64,000 nt of DNA from a virus. Position 1 is the stretch's first letter. Every line of letters begins with the position of its first letter. The notes beneath the pieces are model-generated. The model was not told the origin of the DNA. It was given only the letters and a program-made list of their open reading frames with translations, and searched no databases. The stretch lies in IMG/VR virus record IMGVR_UViG_3300042893_001103, positions 8,190-72,189 of that record; one strand, 5' to 3'. The position numbers were made by a program, and so were the translations under genes. Shown one piece after another: positions 30,501-39,289 of the stretch.

Positions 30501-31120
30501 ACAAACCTCGCCCTCCAAGAGACGGTAGACCGGCACGTCCTGGAACACCAGAAACGCCTCAATCAAATGCCAAACGCGAAGGGGAAATTAAAAAACTATC
30601 TACGCTGATTGAGCAGGTTGTTGCAGAACTTGATGAAAAACGTCAAAACCCTTCACCAAAAAAGGGAAGAATGGGATTCTCCTCATCAACCGGCAAAACG
30701 ATGATTACTGACGAAGCAACCTTTTTTAAGGACATTGAGAATTCTCTTGCAAAAGAGATTAGAGCCGCGCAAAAGGCTAGAAACACTAAAGCAGCATCAG
30801 GATTAACAAAACTTCAAGAGATTATAAAAAGAAGTGAAGCCTCAAAAACAGGCGACAGAAGAACAAACGTCGGAAGTATCTACATGACGATGGATGAAGT
30901 TGACTTAATTCTTGACGGTCTTCAATTTGCCCTTGACCAACAGGTACAGGCTGGTGGAGATAAAAGAATTGGCTGGTACTCAAGACTAATTGAAAAAGTT
31001 GCCGGCGCAGCCATGTCTACATTTATTGATAAAAGTACATCAGAAATTGGTTCAACAAGAAGAACAGTCACAAACAAAGACGGCGTGAAGAAAAAAATCA
31101 ATATTGTCCCAGAAGCATAA
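24596..31120 (+). CDS. HK97-family prohead protease fused to a ~2000-aa multidomain extension (DGDGDG tag, HTH modules, HipA/PI3-4-kinase-like domain)
   Basis: N-terminal GNKDSVGD...GAF...WGHNW..PIG...WSIGY...ELYEVSPVLHGAN; HTH LSYREIAKLTG; kinase-like GGSQGG..YYIK...ENE....FY..LG...WLANWD...N....IDVG. Confidence 0.9.
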   Translation: MSQQDIQFKAIPGQFNIDEAQGVVECFVAGIGNKDSVGDVLITGAFTKSLTRRKPRVVWGHNWNDPIGKVLEIYEVAPGDRRLPTKMLNAGIGGLYAKVQFNLNSEKGREAFANVAFFGQEQEWSIGYKTLDSIFDPNIQANILKEVELYEVSPVLHGANQLTGTISVKSDETAEKHMPGMMMPHHTGMNQGPKIIVVRQGDDDDDDDDKPIFSEGLARALGDNEKERLTRELQSRSGSSIQLVSATESTAKFRRMTSDGRSVMYRIGYHTPDNYVTFMFGKPELADGQQPSGSRTVVPSQMPSMPMQVKPGVPTGATNFVVSPEYVMPKGEDYEKSAFDEELENLAQILDETFDVKVGRTLSSRNMSKLKTVLETLQDIVSSAEKDVESKSDYLIPVKLENAFETKQLLDPIFDYHRVESHVTEDGIVITTEVTQEFIEAIGVAEKALGRTLSGGLGKLGRAGRGAVNFDPKAWDGDGDGIVQEGTPYSRPAIPGVNDRASGGRVDTNAATRAWQNQRRSGMASRMGSDDNADEYDEAMGPPMRRPSRGMADDPVGDAASENLDRDRNAGAVRSGLSSSTAGVVKIDIPQIDNAIEELAAKDIGMSLKRFRELTDEGRLPERYQKAFSDRVKVLNDIFSNLSKEKLDESPGKVLSEIRKKLVDTLSSDDKEGDGFISQFNDRREIQNFIDGIEEVLNLAFDDYVDRARENGTGEEADDLQAELLSDFTQSLKKISEKSKNLFDARTKSFRGTEPAKAKKESESEKERLFDLLKNLLDMEELARYLDSTEGVVPTDAFIDRIRKGNISDEDLVQLNGFFEDALENIITLDPSLDPEKLAKEFSDAIREGAKNDESGVIQRIAKELGDDGVSEDLVQYLKDGREGSPFLPNRGKKEREILRGFASRTGGGDSKGKKFDVRDRKQREDKIVEMYNDGETVGDISRFLSSQPGSNGIFTELANIRNVIDKRRKAGDVPLRSVNPNKERQATTNLRNEIIRLYNDNDELSYREIAKLTGTTQANVTNTLSSMRRGNDSRIRSGDKVRGFSSSTGSDGESGLGSSSDKREMDMTLAEYAELNEVLKKYMDESQLDGIGADEDMQVIQNILDKLDESSAANDSIPLTDKEIDDYMDTLTRMRDNGPVEDSDDKESIDKLIDSLKKTKDSKDGTYESDALQQAGTRLSRPSRDGQGGGRGRTAKRPRGFKSSNGTINPHKKLDIELDDSEIGELRDELQGFMKMTDNPAPLRAIAEKLEKATNGKFSVDKDEYEAVIKEIDKMRTDRGVVTSDVVGVLEQAAESQKGKYSSIDVRGGRGFESSTGGGKNNGAPSDIPETMQKQLIMWGRQQGGLRLVQEAIQRFDKDKGTMPASYWKRLRTMYENMGPGSASGAARRTGRRGIFGRGKDTDTSPRGSAGFIIDDRPVPKGLLDNTMSNNPIVTDDFVDTNSGPMGGSQGGGVFKDPKTGKEYYIKPPKSQTHAENESLMSRFYERLGIPAGKVKVGTYKGRPKIVSEMVPGAKQVDHESEIKNSAWKKAVQDTFVANAWLANWDAVSNSGNTIKGGDGKAYVIDVGGAGLFRARGEAKGSAFGPIVGEMESLRDPNQSGARRGVAYWGDIPPAEIARQVKAIGAVSDSEIKEMVDAVISDKGEAKKLSDTLIARRDYLVQNWSTGKNSGTGRRGRTGFSSETDNYERRNKRPGVAPAMRPADFEVRPRDGEPTGVGKGGVMGTKPDPKFTGDSFDQAKPEEWEKLTIDEKWGWMLGEGNPEKGGTMSPAAYQGAMRKLGEEEAREETKRMTPEERRKSRSESRQSAMDERSDNEKERLTSEREERQKEAQESSKRVKEEATAEQAKAKRQARLDAFNEWIDDSIRELSGMEYDETDINPDSEDIWDTVSTILGVEDITPKSLKEAIDELSSYIDITSGENAYEKKSVARANALLKKLLKMQSEYSEDKWFNDREGGVSGFQSSTGDKPRPPRDGRPARPGTPETPQSNAKREGEIKKLSTLIEQVVAELDEKRQNPSPKKGRMGFSSSTGKTMITDEATFFKDIENSLAKEIRAAQKARNTKAASGLTKLQEIIKRSEASKTGDRRTNVGSIYMTMDEVDLILDGLQFALDQQVQAGGDKRIGWYSRLIEKVAGAAMSTFIDKSTSEIGSTRRTVTNKDGVKKKINIVPEA

Positions 31121-31229
31121 ATAGTATGCGTTCTCGCTCAGAGGCGCATGCTAAGTTATACTTTTATAAACTATTCATAATGTGATATTGACACTCGTGT
31201 CTTTACTCGCTAAAAAACAGGAGTTACCA

Positions 31230-32606
31230 ATGAGCGAAAAAGTTGAAGTCAGTGTTGATGCGGACGGCAATGTTCTTAAGTGTGCCAAGGGCGCAAATGT
31301 TGCCGACTGCGGGTTTACCCCAGGTGCAAAAGTGTGCGGTAAGTGCGGAGCAATGCCTATCCAGATGAAGATGGTTCCAGTCACCGATGATGACTATGAA
31401 GTCAAGGGTGGAGACAAATGGGACGATAGTGAAATGTTTGACGCTATGAAAAAGCGTCAAAAGGGCACGGGCATGGGAATGCCTGGCGAAGAAGATGATG
31501 ACGAAGAGATGGATGACGAAGACGAGATGGCGTCAATGCCGTCATCCAAGAAGAAAATGTCTCTTGAAATTGAAGAAGACGACGAAGAAGAATACGACGA
31601 AGACGACGAAGAAGAAGACGACGAAGACGCCGAGATGAAAATGTACGACGGAGAAGTTGACCTAGAAGCAGCAAGAAAGAAACGTCTTGCCAACATGGGT
31701 GAAAAAGTCGCAGAACTTGGAAGAAACGCATACATGTGTGCTGTTGAAAGAAAAGTTTACCCAGGTGGTTCAGGCGTCTGTGACGATTGTCCTGGTGGAT
31801 GCTTGCCAGAGCGCGGAATGCCAGGTCTTCTTTCTGTTGAAGGAATTGCCGAAGAAATGTTTAAGGGCAAGGTTCTTGACTCTGGATATTCTTCAGATGC
31901 AGACATGTTCGTGGTTGACATTCAATCAAAGAGCGGCCGTGCGGTTGAAGTCTTTATTGATGGTACAACTGCAGAAGTTCTCGGTTTCCACAAACTTGAT
32001 GACAATGCCTTTGAGCAGAAGTCAGCACTTGATTCAATGATGGTAATTGACTTCCACGAAGCAGCAGAGATTGCAGTTAAGTCCATTCAGGGTGACGTTG
32101 TTGCTGTTGAGCCAGACATCTTTGAAGGCTTTGATGCATACGCAGTTGAAATTGAAGGAATTGACGGAAAGTCTTACGACGTATTCGTTTCACTTGACGG
32201 TGAAGTTCTTGGATACGACAAGTATGAGCCAGAAGAAGCAGAAGCCATTGAAGCAGAAGCCGCAGAGATTGCATTAAAGCGTGCATTCAATGAAGACATG
32301 CGCACACAAATGGCAGAAGAAGGAAAAGCACTTCCAGACGGTTCCTTTCCTATTTCTAACGTAGAAGACCTCAAGAACGCAATCAGCGCATACGGTCGTG
32401 CAAAAGACAAAGAAGCAGCAAAGAATCACATTATGAAGCAAGCCAAGGCTATGGGTCAGGAAAAACTTATCCCCGCCAACTGGGTAACCGGTGGAGCAAA
32501 ACTTGTTGAAGAAAAATCCGGAGAAGTTGACTCTGACCTTATGGCATCGCTTGTTGAGTTTGAACTCCTTGAGGCCGAGGTCAAAGACTCAGAACCAACA
32601 ATCTAG
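31230..32606 (+). CDS. Acidic head-associated protein with Cys clusters, tandem PepSY-like domains and a C-terminal DUF6582-like domain
   Basis: AGGAG SD before ATG 31230; AEEMFKGKVL...EVFIDGTTAEVLG and AAEIAVKSIQGDVVAVE...YAVEI...DVFVSLDGEVLG; ALPDGSFPISNVEDLKNAISAYGRA. Confidence 0.7.
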   Translation: MSEKVEVSVDADGNVLKCAKGANVADCGFTPGAKVCGKCGAMPIQMKMVPVTDDDYEVKGGDKWDDSEMFDAMKKRQKGTGMGMPGEEDDDEEMDDEDEMASMPSSKKKMSLEIEEDDEEEYDEDDEEEDDEDAEMKMYDGEVDLEAARKKRLANMGEKVAELGRNAYMCAVERKVYPGGSGVCDDCPGGCLPERGMPGLLSVEGIAEEMFKGKVLDSGYSSDADMFVVDIQSKSGRAVEVFIDGTTAEVLGFHKLDDNAFEQKSALDSMMVIDFHEAAEIAVKSIQGDVVAVEPDIFEGFDAYAVEIEGIDGKSYDVFVSLDGEVLGYDKYEPEEAEAIEAEAAEIALKRAFNEDMRTQMAEEGKALPDGSFPISNVEDLKNAISAYGRAKDKEAAKNHIMKQAKAMGQEKLIPANWVTGGAKLVEEKSGEVDSDLMASLVEFELLEAEVKDSEPTI

Positions 32607-32622
32607 AGAAAGCGTGGCCCGT

Positions 32623-35600
32623 ATGACGGGGGTGGACATTAATAAAATTCGCCATTACGCGCCTGGATTCAATAATAGAACAACGCGTCTTGATGCGGAT
32701 ATGTCTGCATTGCTTTTCAAGGCCGGAACAAGGATTATTTCATCATCGGAAAGATTAATAGCCGACGTCTCTATTAAGGCAGCAATGGGAGCGGGTGCTC
32801 CTGCCGAAGATAAAAAAAGAGGACTTCAAAGCGCTGGAAAATCCAAGTACATAAACATCAATGGTCTTGTCTATGACCCAGAAGCCAAAAAACAAGAGGG
32901 CCAATTCTTTAAGCCGTGGGTTACGGAAAGAGAAAGAATTAACGCAATGCGCTCAAACGACCCAGTTCCCAACTGGGGATGGGTTGACAGGAATCCGGAG
33001 AATCAAAATAGACTCCAAGAGCCAAAAAACGCAAAAGGCAAAGTAACAAGGTATCCAGTAAACCCCAAAACTGGTGAACCAATGAAAAATTACGGAGTTG
33101 AACAAGAGTTTAAATCTCTTGGACCAACGCTTGCTGAAAGAAATCCTGGCGGAAAACTTCTTGCACGAACAGCAAAGTCTTTCGGTGTGGTAGTTGATGC
33201 TCTTGGAAAATTTAGATGCCCTCCTGGGACGCCAGCAGCAAACAGATTTACTAACTTCAGAGGTGAAGGATGTTTTGACATTTCAGTAGCCCAGGTACGT
33301 AACTTGATTGGTTCTCTAACTCAATCAATGCAGGCACCACAGAGCGGGTCTCAAACAATATCCTCCCTTACTTCTGCAGGGGTAAGTATCGCCGAAATTA
33401 GAAAATCATTTAAAGAAAATGGAATTGCTGGCCTTGCCAGTCTTGCAAAGCGGGTTGGAATTGCTCATGTCGGTGATAAATGGAACGACATGTCTTACGT
33501 ATCGCAAATAGCGGTAAGACTTAGAGAAGTTTCTGGCTTGACAATGGGTGCGCAGTCAAGAATGGAAAAAATTGCTCAGAAAAAAGCAGACACAATTAAT
33601 TTTCTTGCTGAATATTATGGAATAACAGAACCCAATGAATATAAAAAAATTGCACAAATAATTGAAAAAATGTCTGCTGACCCAGACTCTCCATTGGACC
33701 CAAATCAATTTAAACTTTTGTTTAGAGGTGGCTCTTTAGAAAGCCACGAAGAATGGGCCGTAGAAGCAATTATTAAAACACACATTGGGGCAATTGGCAG
33801 CAAACTTGGTATTGATGCAACTGATGCACTGGAAGCATACGAAGAAGCCAAGCGTAACGGAGAAATAACTCCGCTTACCCGATTTGTTGATGCCGCTTTA
33901 GATAGAGAAAGAGATTTTAGGCTTGGAGCATTTGAAGACATGCTTGTTGCTGCGTACGAGCAACCACACACATTCACATTGCCCGGAGGCAAGAAAAGAA
34001 TTTATACTGCTGGACCAATTCCAGACGGACCAGACGGAGAGAAATACAACGTTCCCCGATGGGACAGATACGACCTAAACGGATACGCGGAGCCAGAATT
34101 TATTTTAATTAACTCTGGACCAGCAATTCTAGGATTTAGGGGAGGAGTTCCACCAAGTGGATATATGGACCTGTACGAAGCAACCGGAGGAGACATTGAC
34201 GACCAGTGGAGAGCGGTTGCTTCAGAGATGGACAAAGACGAGCGTCTAAGGGCATATTCAGCACTGTGGAGTGTTGACCTGGCGGCAACAGAAGGAAGAG
34301 GTTGGAGAGATTTTGGTGCACAAACATCTGCTCACGAAAGAGCCCACTGGGGTCAGATGGATGCAATTTTTCAATACCATGCAGAAACTAGTCCTGGTGT
34401 AGCCATGAAGGATTTAAACAACCGTGAATTGATGGAATTAACTAACGAGTTCTTAACGAAAGCAACACCAGAGATATTACGAGATGTTTTTGGTGCCGAT
34501 ATTGAAGACTTGATTGATAAGCGTTTTGATGCACTTGCCGGTGCATACAGTCAAAAAGCACAGCAAGAGGCGCTTGAAGAACTAACAGGAGGAGGCAGCA
34601 GGGAAGACTTTAACTATTCTAGAAGCATTGCGCTACTAGAGACGCTCTCGGAATTAAAAGCAAACAAATCTGTCGGCCTCATAGGTGACGACCCCGAGTT
34701 GGATGCAATTCTTGACAAGATGACACCACTTCCTCCAATGTCTCCTGGTTCAATATCTCCATCTGGTGGAATCGTGCCATCACCCCCCGGTGGTTCACCA
34801 AGGCCAGTTAGGCCATCGCTGCCAAGTTCGGCACCATCGCTCCCTGCGAACGCCGGGAAGGTCGTTACCGTGATTCCAGGAAGAGGAAGCGGTCGTGGCG
34901 GTCGTGGCGCACGAGGACCTGTTGACCCGTTTGAGCGAGACAGATATGGAAAAGTTCCGACAATGATTAAAGAGGGTCGTTTTACTCTTGAAGACATTGA
35001 TGAGTTCTTGTACGGAGAAGACGGCAAGGGTGGACTAAGGCAAACGCTTGCACAAATTGCAAACATGAAAACTAAAAAGAACGGCTATTCAGAGCCTGCT
35101 TTAGTTGAAAGAAAACGGCTACTTAATGAACTTATTAACACGATGGGTATTTCGTTTCCTGAACTTGAAGCAATAGCGCTTAAAGCAAAGAGAGGAGAAG
35201 CATTAACCCCAGAAGAAAAATCAAAACTTGTTAATGCTGTTTCACATTTAAGAAATGGTGCAAATGAGTTTAAGGCCAAATCTGTTGAAGCAAGAAAAAA
35301 ATTTGAAGACTATCGGAGTGTTGATGTATCAAGGGCAACTGGTGACGGTTCTGAATATGACGACAAAGATACAAACAGCCTGAATCTTGAAAGAATACAA
35401 GCCGAAATTGAAATGTACGAATCACTCTTTCAAAGAGTTGGGCGCGGCATAGCGCCAGCAGTGCATGACATTCTTACAATTAGTGAAAATGGTCCATATC
35501 CTCCACGTCTAACCGCAAGAAAACCAGGTCCTCAACCTCTGGTTGGAATAGAAATTGACGGCGCTGACGGGATTGCAATTAAACAAGCGTCAAAACTTAA

Positions 35601-38286
35601 TCCTCAAGAACTTGCGGCACTATCTGAAGCGGTCACAAATCCACCAAGAATAATTTCATCTTTAAGTCCGCAAAACGTTTCTGAACTAACTTCAACTCTG
35701 GAAGATATTGAAAATGTTAGACAAGTTTTTGAACGTAATAACTTGACACCACCAACTACAGTTGCTGACGATGAACTTAAAAATGCAGCGCCTGTTATGT
35801 CGGGATTGGATAAATCAATTATCCCAGAAGACATGGTCGTTGAACTTGAGATTGATATGCCGGAGGATACCTCACCTGGCTCAATACATGAAATTCCTCA
35901 AATATCATCTGCTCAATTAATAACAGATTCAAACACGGAAGAAGTTAACATTCCAAGTTCAGGTTTTTCTTCAACAACTGGCGCTAGAACTAAGGCCGGA
36001 ATTGCTGGAAGACTTATCGCAAGCCAGAGAACTAGAAAGTTGCTTGAAAAAGCAGGAATTGATGCAGAAAGAACAGACGTTGTTCAGTTAATGAGCGAAG
36101 TTGCTATTGGTTTTTCTATTGGAGGGCCGTACGGTGCCCTCTTGCCAATAGCACGACGCGGAAGTCGTGACGCTGCAGAGCAAGCACTAAGAATGATGGT
36201 TGAACGCGGATGGATTGAGCAAGACATTGCTGACAAAATTGAAAAATACGGTCTTGACAGGATTGCTACAGAAGGTTTACCAGACGAAATACTTAATTTA
36301 GCAGAATCAGCCAAAGGTAAACTTTTGACAGACGATTCAAAACGTAAGGCTCTTGAATTTGGTTCAGTCCTACAGGATAGAAGTATTGAATTATCCGACG
36401 TCGCTCGTGAGAAAGCATCAGCAATGGCTGCCTCCGGAAAAGAAAAGGCTCGTGAACTTACTGGTGCTGGAAGAGAAACGGCAAGAAGATTAAGAAATCG
36501 TCTTGGTGGTGGTTCCGAAGAAATAGACGCAACTGACGCATTCTCGCTCCCTCCGTCTGGTAGTCCTTTTGATATACCAGCACCAGATATTGACCCGTTT
36601 AAGTCCGCATTTGTTGACATTGAATTCAAGCAACTCGGAACTTCCCTTATGGAACAAAAGCAGGGAAAGAAAACTAAAGTTAGAATTGCTGTACCTGCTG
36701 GCTCAAAAGGAAAAATTGAAGCAGGAAAAACAAAAGCAAGCAATATGATTCTTCCCCCAGGAAAAGTAAAATTTACTGGAGTTGGCGAAGACGGAGTTCC
36801 TGAAGCAGAGATTTTTGACCAAATGTCCGCTGAACAATACATGAAAAACGTTGAAAAGATATCTCTAGAAGTTTCCTCATCTTCCAATAAACCAAGTATC
36901 AAAAAATCAGCAAAATTGAGAGCAGACACTGCTAAAAAAATGCGCCAAGAAATGGTTGCCAAGTCAGGAACACCCCAGTCAATGTCTGGTATTTCAAAAA
37001 TTGTATTTGATAAATCAAACTCAATAATGGAAAGAGGCGAAGCGGCTGGAATTAATTTCTTTACTTTAGAGAAGATAAAAAATAACGATACGGATATTGA
37101 CGTATCGGAGTATGTGCGCCTCTACCAAGAAAAACTCATATCAACAATTAATAATTACAGCAAATCTTTACCAACCCGTCTTTTTGATGACGGAATAAGT
37201 GCGGATACCAAAAAGTTTATTTATGGAACTCCTATTAAAGAAGTGGTAAAAGCAGTTAACGAAGTAGCCGTGTTGATTCATAATGACATAGACAGAAGAG
37301 CACGTGTTTCAATGTCTAAATCGTCATTAGAACAATTTGTTGGTTCTGGAAAAATTGCAAACATTGATGTTGATAGTGAATCTTTAAAGATTTTAAAAAC
37401 CAAACGAGACGCAATGCTTGGAAATGCCCCCGGGATTAAAGAATTTTCATTTACGCCTATTGAGTTGATACACGGAATACTTATTGAAAAAGTTGAAGAA
37501 AATCTTTACAAAAACGGAACACACGTTGGCTCTGAAGAATTTACAGATTACGGAAGAGGCATAGAATTGGTGCTTCGCGCAGAAAATTCTCCAAGAATTG
37601 GATACGGAAGAAAAGAGTCATACAAAAATGGTGGAATTTTTGTACAGATAAACGAAGAAGACGAACAAATTATTCAAGCAGCAATTTTTGGACAAATGTT
37701 TATGTCAACAAGTGGTGCAGAAGAATATCTAGCGGAGATTATTGAAGCAAGCCTTTCAAAAGACTATTCAAAACTTATAAAGAAAAACGACGAAGATATA
37801 TTTGAGGCGTTTATAGTTGGTGAAATATCACTCAACGATGTTGAGCACATTAAAATACCTTTGTCAATATTCAACATCAGAAAGAAAAGAGTCTCCAAGA
37901 GCAGTATGATTGGTGGGGCAGACTCAATAAATATGATATTTATGAACAGAAGCGTTCCAAAAGAAAAAATCAAAGACTTCTTTGACGGTGAAGGAACCAT
38001 AGGTGGAGGGTATACGCCTAAGCATCTGTCTTATTTAAACGAACTAGAGGCTGCAGAAGAATTCAAAGAAAATCTAATATCTCTTGGCATTGATGAAGTG
38101 TTATTTACGAATAAAGATGGAATTGACATCATGAGCGAAGATACATGGAGGACCCCTCCTCCAACAAAGAAAAAGGGCAAGGACGCACTAAGAGAGATAG
38201 CAAGACGAGAAGTTATGTCAATTATTGACAAAATTGCTCCTGCACCTAAAAAAGCAGAACCCAAAAAGGAAACTGTAAAGAAATGA
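32623..38286 (+). CDS. Giant multidomain protein: RCPPG..RFT motif, HExxH zincin, degenerate ART-like and DUF3626-like domains
   Basis: About 1890 aa; SAHERAHWG at 34333; RIAVPAGSKG...MILPPG; EAFIVGEISLNDVEHI. Confidence 0.75.
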   Translation: MTGVDINKIRHYAPGFNNRTTRLDADMSALLFKAGTRIISSSERLIADVSIKAAMGAGAPAEDKKRGLQSAGKSKYININGLVYDPEAKKQEGQFFKPWVTERERINAMRSNDPVPNWGWVDRNPENQNRLQEPKNAKGKVTRYPVNPKTGEPMKNYGVEQEFKSLGPTLAERNPGGKLLARTAKSFGVVVDALGKFRCPPGTPAANRFTNFRGEGCFDISVAQVRNLIGSLTQSMQAPQSGSQTISSLTSAGVSIAEIRKSFKENGIAGLASLAKRVGIAHVGDKWNDMSYVSQIAVRLREVSGLTMGAQSRMEKIAQKKADTINFLAEYYGITEPNEYKKIAQIIEKMSADPDSPLDPNQFKLLFRGGSLESHEEWAVEAIIKTHIGAIGSKLGIDATDALEAYEEAKRNGEITPLTRFVDAALDRERDFRLGAFEDMLVAAYEQPHTFTLPGGKKRIYTAGPIPDGPDGEKYNVPRWDRYDLNGYAEPEFILINSGPAILGFRGGVPPSGYMDLYEATGGDIDDQWRAVASEMDKDERLRAYSALWSVDLAATEGRGWRDFGAQTSAHERAHWGQMDAIFQYHAETSPGVAMKDLNNRELMELTNEFLTKATPEILRDVFGADIEDLIDKRFDALAGAYSQKAQQEALEELTGGGSREDFNYSRSIALLETLSELKANKSVGLIGDDPELDAILDKMTPLPPMSPGSISPSGGIVPSPPGGSPRPVRPSLPSSAPSLPANAGKVVTVIPGRGSGRGGRGARGPVDPFERDRYGKVPTMIKEGRFTLEDIDEFLYGEDGKGGLRQTLAQIANMKTKKNGYSEPALVERKRLLNELINTMGISFPELEAIALKAKRGEALTPEEKSKLVNAVSHLRNGANEFKAKSVEARKKFEDYRSVDVSRATGDGSEYDDKDTNSLNLERIQAEIEMYESLFQRVGRGIAPAVHDILTISENGPYPPRLTARKPGPQPLVGIEIDGADGIAIKQASKLNPQELAALSEAVTNPPRIISSLSPQNVSELTSTLEDIENVRQVFERNNLTPPTTVADDELKNAAPVMSGLDKSIIPEDMVVELEIDMPEDTSPGSIHEIPQISSAQLITDSNTEEVNIPSSGFSSTTGARTKAGIAGRLIASQRTRKLLEKAGIDAERTDVVQLMSEVAIGFSIGGPYGALLPIARRGSRDAAEQALRMMVERGWIEQDIADKIEKYGLDRIATEGLPDEILNLAESAKGKLLTDDSKRKALEFGSVLQDRSIELSDVAREKASAMAASGKEKARELTGAGRETARRLRNRLGGGSEEIDATDAFSLPPSGSPFDIPAPDIDPFKSAFVDIEFKQLGTSLMEQKQGKKTKVRIAVPAGSKGKIEAGKTKASNMILPPGKVKFTGVGEDGVPEAEIFDQMSAEQYMKNVEKISLEVSSSSNKPSIKKSAKLRADTAKKMRQEMVAKSGTPQSMSGISKIVFDKSNSIMERGEAAGINFFTLEKIKNNDTDIDVSEYVRLYQEKLISTINNYSKSLPTRLFDDGISADTKKFIYGTPIKEVVKAVNEVAVLIHNDIDRRARVSMSKSSLEQFVGSGKIANIDVDSESLKILKTKRDAMLGNAPGIKEFSFTPIELIHGILIEKVEENLYKNGTHVGSEEFTDYGRGIELVLRAENSPRIGYGRKESYKNGGIFVQINEEDEQIIQAAIFGQMFMSTSGAEEYLAEIIEASLSKDYSKLIKKNDEDIFEAFIVGEISLNDVEHIKIPLSIFNIRKKRVSKSSMIGGADSINMIFMNRSVPKEKIKDFFDGEGTIGGGYTPKHLSYLNELEAAEEFKENLISLGIDEVLFTNKDGIDIMSEDTWRTPPPTKKKGKDALREIARREVMSIIDKIAPAPKKAEPKKETVKK

Positions 38287-38693
38287 AAGCGGTATTGGTA
38301 GGGACCGTTTTTGGAGACAAAAAACTGTTTTATGTAATTGATGCAAAAGACGAAAAAACCGATGGAATACTTGATGATGGCGTCAAACCAAAGGTTGTTA
38401 ATTTTTGGGCAACCGCTATGAATGCCAGAAATCTAGTACCATTACGTTCAACGAAGTTTCATGATTTTTTATGGGATGGAGCGTCTTGGGATAATAGCGA
38501 TGAATGGGAAAGGGTTTTCATAAGAAAAACTCAGGTTGTTTCCCCAAGAATGTCTTCTGGTGTTGTTTTTTCCTCAGATGCAATGAAATCAAAAGCAAAA
38601 GAAAAATCAATCAATCATCGTGCTACAGAATTTAAAACACTGATGCAGACGCAAAACATAAATATAGTACGCTCCAGAACGGGTAAACAATGA
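38283..38693 (+). CDS. Hypothetical protein
   Basis: ATGA-type overlaps at both ends. Confidence 0.7.
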   Translation: MKAVLVGTVFGDKKLFYVIDAKDEKTDGILDDGVKPKVVNFWATAMNARNLVPLRSTKFHDFLWDGASWDNSDEWERVFIRKTQVVSPRMSSGVVFSSDAMKSKAKEKSINHRATEFKTLMQTQNINIVRSRTGKQ

Positions 38694-39289
38694 ACAGCAG
38701 AGACATTAAGGCAGACCCCCTTGGTGGGATAATCCCGCAGGAACTGGTTACTGGAGACCTACTCAAAGGTCGCGGACCAAGAAGAGGAAATCTTGAGCGC
38801 CTTCTTCGCTATTGGCGGCCAATCATGAAAAAACCAGGCGGCTTTAGGCGTTGCAAAGTCATCCTTGCCGACCATCCAGAGTTGTACCCGTTGAACAATA
38901 TCTGTGCTTGGTTGCATCACGAAACTACTGGTCTTTGGCCAAACGAGGGATGTCATCACCCTGGCATGAAAAACTGCCGCAAGAAAATTAAAAAAGGAAT
39001 AAACGGTACTCTTTTCTCTGACTCTCAATTTGATAACAGAGTAAGGAAACTTGCTGGAAATAGCAAGAAATCTTTACAACAAGAAACCGAACGATACGAA
39101 GACTCGGTAGTAACTAATGCCGACGAAAAACACTCAGTCTTGGTGATGCGTGACTTTTCTGAGATGGAACCAGATTTCTGTAAAACCATGTCCGACGATT
39201 CAAGTTGGGAAATAGAAGGCGAAGACGAAATGGGGAATACCAAGTCCGTTCCCTACGATTCTGAACAGGATGACGACGTTGAGCAATAG
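38690..39289 (+). CDS. Head-associated protein with an LxRYW..PGxFxRC..CAxLH..TGxWP domain
   Basis: The motif resembles a domain I recall in actinophage capsid-maturation/MuF proteins. Confidence 0.6.
   Translation: MNSRDIKADPLGGIIPQELVTGDLLKGRGPRRGNLERLLRYWRPIMKKPGGFRRCKVILADHPELYPLNNICAWLHHETTGLWPNEGCHHPGMKNCRKKIKKGINGTLFSDSQFDNRVRKLAGNSKKSLQQETERYEDSVVTNADEKHSVLVMRDFSEMEPDFCKTMSDDSSWEIEGEDEMGNTKSVPYDSEQDDDVEQ

Noticed and set aside
31490-31630. GAA/GAC microsatellite-like tract
   Set aside because: It simply encodes a poly-Asp/Glu linker within the ORF
36084-36962. 292-aa minus-strand ORF and many similar antisense ORFs across the window
   Set aside because: They lie fully opposite long genes and have S/F/L-rich translations typical of antisense frames
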